Below, one piece after another: positions 21,058-29,336 of a stretch of DNA of 64,000 nucleotides. The DNA is from a virus. The DNA lies in the IMG/VR virus record IMGVR_UViG_3300046786_000686, positions 27,105-91,104 of that record; one strand, 5' to 3'. Made by a program: the position numbers and the translations under genes. The notes under the pieces are model-generated. The model was not told the origin of the DNA. It worked only from the letters and a program-made list of their open reading frames with translations, and did no database searches. Each line of letters opens with the position of its first letter. Position 1 is the first letter of the stretch.

Positions 21058-21984
21058 ATGACTGGAAATCTGTTACAAGCCAAACATACGTTAGACGATC
21101 ATTTAGGATCGAGTATTCAACATAGAAAGGATGGTGAGATTAGCTATTACTGTCCATTCTGCAATCACTATAAGCCAAAACTTCAAGTAAACCTCAACAC
21201 ACAAAAGTGGCATTGCTGGGTATGCGATAGCAAAGGTCAAACAATTCTCTCACTTCTCAAAAAAAGCAATGCATCAGCACAGACTTATCAGAAGATAAAG
21301 GAGATTTATGGTGATTCAAAGTTTATCAGCCGCAATGATAATGCTAGAGAGATTGTTGGATTACCAGAGGCGTATAAGCCGTTGTATATATCACAGAACA
21401 CTCCTGATTACAAAAATGCATTACACTACGCTCTGAACGTAAGAAAGCTTACACCTATCGACATTTTACGATATCAGGTAGGTTATTGTGAGCAAGGGCC
21501 TTATGCTGGAATGATTGTTATTCCAAGTTACAACGATGCTAACATGATCAACTATTATGTGGGTCGAAGCTGTTATGATAATGCTACGATAAAACATAAG
21601 AATCCCCCGGTTTCAAAGGATATTATAGGCTTTGAGAACCAAGTTAATTGGAAAGAGCCAGTTATCATCGTAGAAGGCGCCTTTGACGCAATTGCAACAA
21701 AAAGAAATGCAATACCGTTGTTTGGTAAGAAAATAATGGGTAACTTGAGAACAAAGATACTAGCGGAGAAAGTTGAAAAATTATACTTAGCCTTAGATAA
21801 TGATGCATTTAGAGACAGTATTAAAGAAGTTGAGTATTTTTTGAATAATGGAGTTAATGTATACGTAATACAGCTACCTGGGAAAGATCCGAGTGAGGTA
21901 GGTTACAAGTCTATGGTTGAAGCAATAAACAGTGCTAAAAAGGTAGACTTTTTTGATTTAATTAAATATAAGATGTTGCTATGA
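21058..21984 (+). CDS. DnaG-type DNA primase (Zn-binding + TOPRIM)
   Basis: CPFC..H and HCWVC zinc-binding domain; IVEGAFDA, LALDNDA and KDP motifs. Confidence 0.88.
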   Translation: MTGNLLQAKHTLDDHLGSSIQHRKDGEISYYCPFCNHYKPKLQVNLNTQKWHCWVCDSKGQTILSLLKKSNASAQTYQKIKEIYGDSKFISRNDNAREIVGLPEAYKPLYISQNTPDYKNALHYALNVRKLTPIDILRYQVGYCEQGPYAGMIVIPSYNDANMINYYVGRSCYDNATIKHKNPPVSKDIIGFENQVNWKEPVIIVEGAFDAIATKRNAIPLFGKKIMGNLRTKILAEKVEKLYLALDNDAFRDSIKEVEYFLNNGVNVYVIQLPGKDPSEVGYKSMVEAINSAKKVDFFDLIKYKMLL

Positions 21985-24900
21985 TAAATAAGATTAAATG
22001 CAAGATGGGTAGTGTAGAAAAGATTCTACACATTGCTGATATACACTTGCGTAACTGGAAACGTCATAAGGAGTTTAAGGAGGTGTTTAAGAAATTATTC
22101 GCGGCTGTGGATGAGCTTCCAGAGAACTCTATTGTGACTATCGGTGGTGATATTGTACATGCTAAAACCGATATGAGTCCTGAGTTGATCAACATGGTTT
22201 CATACTTGTTTAACGAGTTAGCGGATCGACGACCAACTATTGTAATTACAGGAAACCACGATACTAACCTGAATAACAATAATCGTTTGGATGCCTTGAC
22301 ACCAATCATTGAAGCCAATAATCACCCAAACCTTTTCTACCTACGCAACTCAGGATTGTATGAGATTGGTGATGTTTGTATTAGTGTAATGTCTTTACTA
22401 GATGATCCTAGTGAGTACGTTACATTCGATAAAATAGCTGCAGATAAGAAGTATAAACACACTATTGCGATGTATCACGGTACGATTGCAAATAGCCAAG
22501 TTGACAGTGGTTTATTCTTATCGCATGGCCTGGACTGGGATACTTTTGCAGGATATGACTTAGTTTTGTTAGGAGACATTCACAAACGTCAGATATTATC
22601 AAAAGCAGAACCAATCATATTCTATCCAGGATCCTTGGTACAGCAAAACTTTGGAGAAGCTTTTGAAGGACATGGTTATGCTATTGTCGATTTAGAAACT
22701 AAAGGTGATATCAAGTACGACTTTGTAGACATTCCAAATGATTATGGATACTTTACTTTGGATATTGAGAATGGTGTATTACCAGATAATTTACCAATCA
22801 CATCAAAGACAAATGTAAGACTTCGTACAAGAAACACATCGGCAGCTGAGCTAAAGCGAATACTCGCAACAATACGAAAAGAGTATCGCAACAGTGATGT
22901 GATGGTTCAGAAGTTAGACAAATCTACATCACTAGATGATAGTCAATTGTTTGGTGAGTCTTTACATCAAGGTGATGTGAGAAATTTACAATATCAAAAC
23001 CAATTGATCACAGATTATCTCCAACACCAAGGTATTGATGACGAACTATTAGACTCAGTATTAAAGATTAATGCAGGATTCAATCAAACAATCTCACAAG
23101 GAGAGACAGCTCGAAATGTTATCTGGAAACCAAAGCGATTTGAGTTCTCAAATATGTTTAGCTATGGTGAAGACAACGTTGTTAACTTCAATAAGTTAGA
23201 TGGTACTTGTGGTCTGTTTGCACCAAACCACGCTGGTAAGTCTGCGATATTAGATGCTTTATGCTTTTGCTTATTTGACAACTCATTCAGAGCAAGTAAA
23301 GCTGAACAAGTCTTAAATAGAAAGAAAGATGACTTCTGGTGCAAGTTTAATTTCGAACTTGGTGGTATAGATTATTTCATCGAAAAAAAGGCTTACAAAT
23401 ACAAAAGTGGACCACTTAAAGGTAAGCTTCGTGTGGATATTAATTTCTGGAGCGTTAATGCAGACGGTGAGATCACTTCTCTAAATGGTGAACAACGTCG
23501 AGATACCAACTACATCATTCAATCGTATGTAGGTACGTTTGACGACTTCATTTTGACAGCACTATCATTACAACAAAACAACTCTAACTTTATTGATAAA
23601 ACCCAAGGTGAAAGAAAAGACTTACTAGCAAACTTTCTAGACCTTAAAATATTTGATGCACTATATGAACTGGCCAACAAAGAAAACAGAACAGCTACAA
23701 TCGTACTCGAAGAATATCAGAAGCAGGACTTCGAAACTAAGCTTGGAGATGCAGAACGCTCCAAGGATATCAATGAGACCAAGCATGCAAAGGCTCAAGA
23801 GGATGTTGACAAAGCTGAAGAAGAGCTCCAAGATTTAACGGATGAGCTACTGGAATTAAACAAACAACTACAGCCATGTAATGCTGATGGGTTGGATATT
23901 GATAAACTTGAATCGCAATTGCAATCAGCGAGTCAGAAGTTGTTAGACTTGGGAGAGTTAGGAAGTAGTTATCAGCTGAAATTGCAAGATGAACAACTGG
24001 TTTTAGGTGAATCTGAGACTGAGTTGAATCGCTACAAAGAATCCTTTGACACAGAGTTGTATAAAGAGTATATGGCTAAAGTTCAGCAGAAGGTCGATTT
24101 AGACAACACTCTAGCAACACTCAAGGTTACGATCAAGAATAAGCTTGAAAAGCTTGAAAAGCTACAACAGCATGAGTATGATCCAAATTGCAAGTATTGT
24201 TGCGATAATGTCTTTGTGAAGGATGCAATTGATACAAAACAGCAATTAGAGAGTGATAAGGAGACTGTGCATGAGTTCCTAGGAAAGCTAAAGGAAGTTT
24301 CTAACTTCATTGAGATCAATAGTGGTATTGCAGAACAAGCTGAGGAGATCCAAAAACTAGTAAAGCAGTATGGTGAAGCTAAAGCGTCAGTTGATAAGTA
24401 TCAAAGCGCTTATGACAAGGTTAAACACGAAATTGCGACAGTTAAGCATAACATCTCAAACCTACAACGTGACATACAAACTTACAACGCAAACACTCAG
24501 ACGTTAGAAAATAATAAGAAAATTCAAGTAGAGATCAAAGAGGTTCAAACCAAGGTATCTACGAAGAAAATCGAATTATCGAAGCTTAATAATGTGGTAA
24601 AAGATTTCCACGGAAGAATTCGAGTAGCAGAGACGACAATCGCTGAGTGCAACAAATCAATCAAGCACATGCAGGAGTTAGTTGATAAGCAAGTTGCATA
24701 TGATTTATACTGTAAAGCGATGTGTAAGGACGGTATTCCGTATGTATTGATTAGTAAGGCTGTTCCATACATCCAACACTACGTGAATAATATTCTGAGC
24801 CAGGTTATCGATTTCACAGTTGAGATGGAAACAGATGGTAAAAACATAAACGTGTTCATCTGTTACGATGATAACAAATGGCCACTAGAGTTAAGCTCTG

Positions 24901-25166
24901 GCATGGAAAGATTCATTTCTTCATTAGCAATTCGAATTGCATTGATCAAGATCACAAACTTACCTAAACCAGACTTTATTGCGATTGATGAAGGACTTGG
25001 AGTACTAGATAGCAGCAATTTGAACTCAATGCATACACTGTTCACCTACATGAAGGACATCTTCAGATTTAGTTTGGTGATCAGTCACATTGATGTCGTG
25101 CGAGACATGGTTGATAACATTATTACGATCGATAGAAAGGATGATTTGAGTCACATAAATTGTTAG
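21981..25166 (+). CDS. Fused SbcD/Mre11 nuclease - SbcC/Rad50 ATPase (T4 gp47-gp46-like)
   Basis: DIH, GGDIVH, GNHD, GDIH phosphoesterase motifs; Walker A APNHAGKS; coiled coil with CKYC hook; LSSGME signature; IDEGLGVLD; ISH. Confidence 0.93.
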   Translation: MINKIKCKMGSVEKILHIADIHLRNWKRHKEFKEVFKKLFAAVDELPENSIVTIGGDIVHAKTDMSPELINMVSYLFNELADRRPTIVITGNHDTNLNNNNRLDALTPIIEANNHPNLFYLRNSGLYEIGDVCISVMSLLDDPSEYVTFDKIAADKKYKHTIAMYHGTIANSQVDSGLFLSHGLDWDTFAGYDLVLLGDIHKRQILSKAEPIIFYPGSLVQQNFGEAFEGHGYAIVDLETKGDIKYDFVDIPNDYGYFTLDIENGVLPDNLPITSKTNVRLRTRNTSAAELKRILATIRKEYRNSDVMVQKLDKSTSLDDSQLFGESLHQGDVRNLQYQNQLITDYLQHQGIDDELLDSVLKINAGFNQTISQGETARNVIWKPKRFEFSNMFSYGEDNVVNFNKLDGTCGLFAPNHAGKSAILDALCFCLFDNSFRASKAEQVLNRKKDDFWCKFNFELGGIDYFIEKKAYKYKSGPLKGKLRVDINFWSVNADGEITSLNGEQRRDTNYIIQSYVGTFDDFILTALSLQQNNSNFIDKTQGERKDLLANFLDLKIFDALYELANKENRTATIVLEEYQKQDFETKLGDAERSKDINETKHAKAQEDVDKAEEELQDLTDELLELNKQLQPCNADGLDIDKLESQLQSASQKLLDLGELGSSYQLKLQDEQLVLGESETELNRYKESFDTELYKEYMAKVQQKVDLDNTLATLKVTIKNKLEKLEKLQQHEYDPNCKYCCDNVFVKDAIDTKQQLESDKETVHEFLGKLKEVSNFIEINSGIAEQAEEIQKLVKQYGEAKASVDKYQSAYDKVKHEIATVKHNISNLQRDIQTYNANTQTLENNKKIQVEIKEVQTKVSTKKIELSKLNNVVKDFHGRIRVAETTIAECNKSIKHMQELVDKQVAYDLYCKAMCKDGIPYVLISKAVPYIQHYVNNILSQVIDFTVEMETDGKNINVFICYDDNKWPLELSSGMERFISSLAIRIALIKITNLPKPDFIAIDEGLGVLDSSNLNSMHTLFTYMKDIFRFSLVISHIDVVRDMVDNIITIDRKDDLSHINC

Positions 25167-25170
25167 GTGA

Positions 25171-25178
25171 TATTTATA
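25171..25178 (+). promoter_or_regulatory. Putative late promoter TATTTATA
   Basis: In a 16-nt gap, 4 nt before ATG 25183. Confidence 0.7.
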
Positions 25179-25182
25179 TAAA

Positions 25183-27312
25183 ATGTCATTCTTATCAACA
25201 TACAAAATTCCTCAACCGAGAGGTTACTCGCAAGGAACGTACTACGTTGAAGATACTTCGGATACTTCTCCGGAATACTTCGACGTAGACTTTTTTCCTA
25301 TGGTTGTGGGTGGAGGTCGCCATATCATTAAGATTAAGGGTAATGGTTTGAATATGCGTCTCGATACGACTGTAGACGTTGAAATACTGGATGCATCGGG
25401 TCAGCGGATCTATTGTGAAGTGAATGATTACTATGATCGATTTAACAACTACTACATTTCGTTTGATGTATATGATATCACTGCACAAGGTGTTGCAACA
25501 GCGTACTTCGTAGGAATTGCTAAGTATGATTTGGATGGTAATCCAATACCAATAGAGTACCAGGGTGAGTATAATGTGAGATGGATTAAGCGCTTCAATG
25601 TGCTACCATTTGAGCGCAACAATGCTGACTTAATATTTGACGAACCACCACAAGTAAGTGTGGCACAAATAGTCACACCTGCTCAAACGCCACCTACAAG
25701 CTCGGCAACCACATTTGCATACTTAACAGCTAGTGCAAACAGCTTAACAATTATTGATTCCAACTTCCAAGGCTACGATAGGGATTTTGCGTCTAGTCAG
25801 GACATCTACGATCCAATCGTAAGATCGATTAAGGTAGATCCGTTAAGTAAGCCGATGACAGAAAACACTGTTCCAACAACAGTGAGGCAGAAGAGTGATG
25901 ATATTACTAATGGCTATCTACTAAACACAACGACTCGATTTGGAACCATCATAAGTTCTTCAAACAGCCTATTCACAAAAGAGCTGTTGGGTGCTAACTT
26001 TGATTTTTATTCAAAAGGGACGACACCAGCAATACTAAGTCCAGATTTACCATCAGGTTTAACTATATCAAGTAGTGTTGCAGACCAACTACAGTCGTTT
26101 AGTGCAACGATTGTTGAAGTGTTAAACTCAAACCAAGCTTTGATTGACAAGTCTTTAGAGGTTGTGGCGTTTGATAATAACGCCAAGGGTAGAAGCAGCA
26201 TGGTAAAGCATAGATACAGACAAGCAGGTCAGTTCACAGGTAGTTTTGTGTATGTACCGAATAGCGATGTATATATCACCAGCAGTATTGTGAGTCAATC
26301 TTATATGGAGTTCACTTTTAGTGACTTAAACCCAATAAGTGGTCAAGTTTATAGAATCAAGACATCAACCAAGCTTGGATCCATCGTAGGAGAATACAAG
26401 CTACTCAACGATCAGATTGTAAGACCGGTTGAGTATCTGACAGATGCTACTTACACAAACCCACTAAACTATGCTCGACATGAGTCAGAGTACCTACTAC
26501 TGGGACATTTTTACAAACAGGATATAATTGATAACAACTGGTCGGTGTATTACGAAACACCATCAGGGTTTGACTTGGTAACGGGTACGTATAACAACTC
26601 CGTATTAGCAGACTCAATTAAACTGCAAACACAAAGTACACAATCAGTCGTACTAACTACTACATACAATCAAAACTACAACAGCAATCAGATATACACA
26701 GTAACTTGCAACGTAACACTAGATCCATATACTGAGTTAGAAATTTACATGAATAGTAATCTACTAAACTCGTACATATCTGGAGTAACACCATTCCCAA
26801 CTGCATACAACAGATCCCAAAACATAGAGAGGGATAGATACTCAGATGAGTATAATAGGTTTGGTAAATATATTGGTAAGATAGTAAACGACTTACCAAC
26901 ACAAAAAAGTTATGGCAAGGTTGTATTTGACTTCGAGACTGATAGTAGTGGCTTAGGTCGCCCTCTATTTAGAGTGAAACCTATAGACTACAACAACATA
27001 ACGGCAACATCGTGGTTATCGGATGTGAGTATAAAACCACAACTACTAAATGGCTTTACGCCAAACATAGTTCAATACGCAGTACCACTACCACAGGAGT
27101 TGGTGAACGCAACCGCGTTATCACAATCGATCGACTTTAAGATTGAATACTTTGACTACACTGGTAAACAGTCCGAGTATGTGACCTACATCGATGACTT
27201 GCAATTGAATCTTAAACAAACGATACCAACAAACTCATGTCAAGACCAGAAAAACTACTTGTATTATAGTACGACGTATGGGAATGATAGACAAAAACCA
27301 CCAACATACTAA
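25183..27312 (+). CDS. Probable virion structural protein
   Basis: 709 aa, beta-rich, S/T/Y-rich; preceded by the late motif; no recognised catalytic motif. Confidence 0.6.
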   Translation: MSFLSTYKIPQPRGYSQGTYYVEDTSDTSPEYFDVDFFPMVVGGGRHIIKIKGNGLNMRLDTTVDVEILDASGQRIYCEVNDYYDRFNNYYISFDVYDITAQGVATAYFVGIAKYDLDGNPIPIEYQGEYNVRWIKRFNVLPFERNNADLIFDEPPQVSVAQIVTPAQTPPTSSATTFAYLTASANSLTIIDSNFQGYDRDFASSQDIYDPIVRSIKVDPLSKPMTENTVPTTVRQKSDDITNGYLLNTTTRFGTIISSSNSLFTKELLGANFDFYSKGTTPAILSPDLPSGLTISSSVADQLQSFSATIVEVLNSNQALIDKSLEVVAFDNNAKGRSSMVKHRYRQAGQFTGSFVYVPNSDVYITSSIVSQSYMEFTFSDLNPISGQVYRIKTSTKLGSIVGEYKLLNDQIVRPVEYLTDATYTNPLNYARHESEYLLLGHFYKQDIIDNNWSVYYETPSGFDLVTGTYNNSVLADSIKLQTQSTQSVVLTTTYNQNYNSNQIYTVTCNVTLDPYTELEIYMNSNLLNSYISGVTPFPTAYNRSQNIERDRYSDEYNRFGKYIGKIVNDLPTQKSYGKVVFDFETDSSGLGRPLFRVKPIDYNNITATSWLSDVSIKPQLLNGFTPNIVQYAVPLPQELVNATALSQSIDFKIEYFDYTGKQSEYVTYIDDLQLNLKQTIPTNSCQDQKNYLYYSTTYGNDRQKPPTY

Positions 27313-27315
27313 TAT

Positions 27316-28797
27316 ATGGGATTTGACACAAAAGTATTTGGACTTCATTACAAGAGAATGCGTACTGGTAGCTTTGTATCAGCTAGTGGAACGTATGCGT
27401 CCTTATGGGTAGGAAATGCGTTGACGGCTAGTTGGAACAACACAAACTATACTGGCACATACCTAATATCATCATCTTTCTTAAACTGGCCCGTTGACCC
27501 AACAACTGCGCCACTATATGCGACGACAAGGGATTCTGCAAGTAATGTTAACCATACAGCTATTCCTTGGAGCTCCATGGCAGCAGACTTTCTGTGGAAT
27601 ATTAATACACCAAGATGGACAACATCCACAGTCTCATCAAGCTGGACTTTTTTTGATGACGCATTTAGCGTAACGAGAGTGGGTGGAGCTTTCACCTCTT
27701 CTGTGTGGACAGTCAGCTTAGATAATACAGGAAGCTTTTGGAGACAATATTCCTCCATCTATTCAACCCTAGGCGTAGCCAACTACAACATAACCAGTAG
27801 CTGGTATGTGTGGGACAATAAGTTTATATACTTAACTGGCACTACTAGCGAATTACGATATGCAACAAGGGTTACTAGTGTGAGTTCTAGTGCATTTCCA
27901 GTTGGAACATATAATCTCACAGCATCATACATACATGGTACATCAGGTCGACCAGCTGGTAATACACCAGGAGCAGGAACTGACTACTATTGGAGAGTTG
28001 GTTATGATGTAACTTGGCCAAATACTGGAAGTGCAAGTGCACTCTCGACAATTGATGGTCAATATTTTGATAGAGGTGGAGGAGCAGCAATATCAAGAGC
28101 GCATGTTAGTGCATCACTAGTGACAGCATCTCTTTACGCAACAGCTACAACGAATCCAAATCTAGAATACTATCGAAGAGCTTTGAAGCAGAGACGATTG
28201 TTTTACCCAACCCCCGTATCAGGAAGCCATGCTGGTTTCAGTGCTTTGAATGCTACAGATTTTTTCCACTATGCGATGACGGGATACTGGGCTTCAGACA
28301 TCTTTAACGAAAATGGTGGTATATATAATGTTCAGTTTACACTCAAAAGACACGTGGGTTCTAACCACTATCCGGATAATGGATCCTACATGAATGTGTT
28401 TATACACAATGTGCAGTCAGGAGCACCACTACCATCATCAAGAACACCAGGACAAGCCGGTTGGTATCCACCTGCAAACAACATAGTGACTATCGGTAAC
28501 GCGTATAATGGAGGTCCTGCATTGAGCTTTTATGACACTCAGACTGGATACCTTTACGAAAGATTCAATATCAACCTTGTACAATATGGATACCCAGCTC
28601 AATTATGTTTCGAACCTAGTGGATCTTTAGCAGATGGAAGTTATTTTGGGTGCATCGTTGATGATATAAGTTATTGTAAGATTGGAGTAACAACCGATCC
28701 ACGCTTTATTAAACCGGCAAACTTTGCAACAGGTCAATATAATCCAGCAGTACCCGATGATCAACGTATTCCGATAGATGAAAACCCAAGCTCATAA
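27316..28797 (+). CDS. Probable virion surface protein, S/T/aromatic-rich
   Basis: 493 aa; dense [ST][GAS]S tripeptides; lies within an operon. Confidence 0.6.
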   Translation: MGFDTKVFGLHYKRMRTGSFVSASGTYASLWVGNALTASWNNTNYTGTYLISSSFLNWPVDPTTAPLYATTRDSASNVNHTAIPWSSMAADFLWNINTPRWTTSTVSSSWTFFDDAFSVTRVGGAFTSSVWTVSLDNTGSFWRQYSSIYSTLGVANYNITSSWYVWDNKFIYLTGTTSELRYATRVTSVSSSAFPVGTYNLTASYIHGTSGRPAGNTPGAGTDYYWRVGYDVTWPNTGSASALSTIDGQYFDRGGGAAISRAHVSASLVTASLYATATTNPNLEYYRRALKQRRLFYPTPVSGSHAGFSALNATDFFHYAMTGYWASDIFNENGGIYNVQFTLKRHVGSNHYPDNGSYMNVFIHNVQSGAPLPSSRTPGQAGWYPPANNIVTIGNAYNGGPALSFYDTQTGYLYERFNINLVQYGYPAQLCFEPSGSLADGSYFGCIVDDISYCKIGVTTDPRFIKPANFATGQYNPAVPDDQRIPIDENPSS

Positions 28798-29336
28798 TGA
28801 TATCGAATAATACCATAAGAAACACAACGAAAGTGTTCCCAGCCATTCAAGTAATGACTGAGAATCACGTATTAGGTAAGATTCTGATCAAGAATTTGTA
28901 TCAAGGTTGGCGAGGTGAGAGTATTCCAGAGATTGCGGATCGACATGAAGACAATCCGTACAACCTACGAATCGGATTGCCTGCAACAGATGAGTCGATG
29001 AAGAATGATCATATGTATTTCATCATCAACTACTTATCGTACAATCCAGCTACCAAAGACATAGAGCAGCGGGAGATTATTCCGTATCGTAATATGTCTA
29101 AGGTGTATATCGGTCAATCTTTGGATGAAAAGTCGTATAGTGATTATGGTCTCTTTGTTAACGAGAAGGCTGTTGTTGAAGACCTCTATATAAAAGGTGT
29201 AGACAGCTTAAAAGATCAGACAATAGGTAGGGTTCTAGTGACAATGCTACAGCGAATAGAGAAATTGCAAGATGAGGTGGTTGATTTGAAGCGTCAACTT
29301 AAAACTAAACATATTTATACGCAAGACACTTTGTAA
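28797..29336 (+). CDS. Hypothetical protein with C-terminal coiled coil
   Basis: TAATG coupling; LQRIEKLQDEVVDLKRQL heptads. Confidence 0.6.
   Translation: MISNNTIRNTTKVFPAIQVMTENHVLGKILIKNLYQGWRGESIPEIADRHEDNPYNLRIGLPATDESMKNDHMYFIINYLSYNPATKDIEQREIIPYRNMSKVYIGQSLDEKSYSDYGLFVNEKAVVEDLYIKGVDSLKDQTIGRVLVTMLQRIEKLQDEVVDLKRQLKTKHIYTQDTL
29312..29319 (+). promoter_or_regulatory. Putative late promoter TATTTATA (inside the 3' end of the upstream gene)
   Basis: 17 nt before ATG 29337. Confidence 0.6.
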
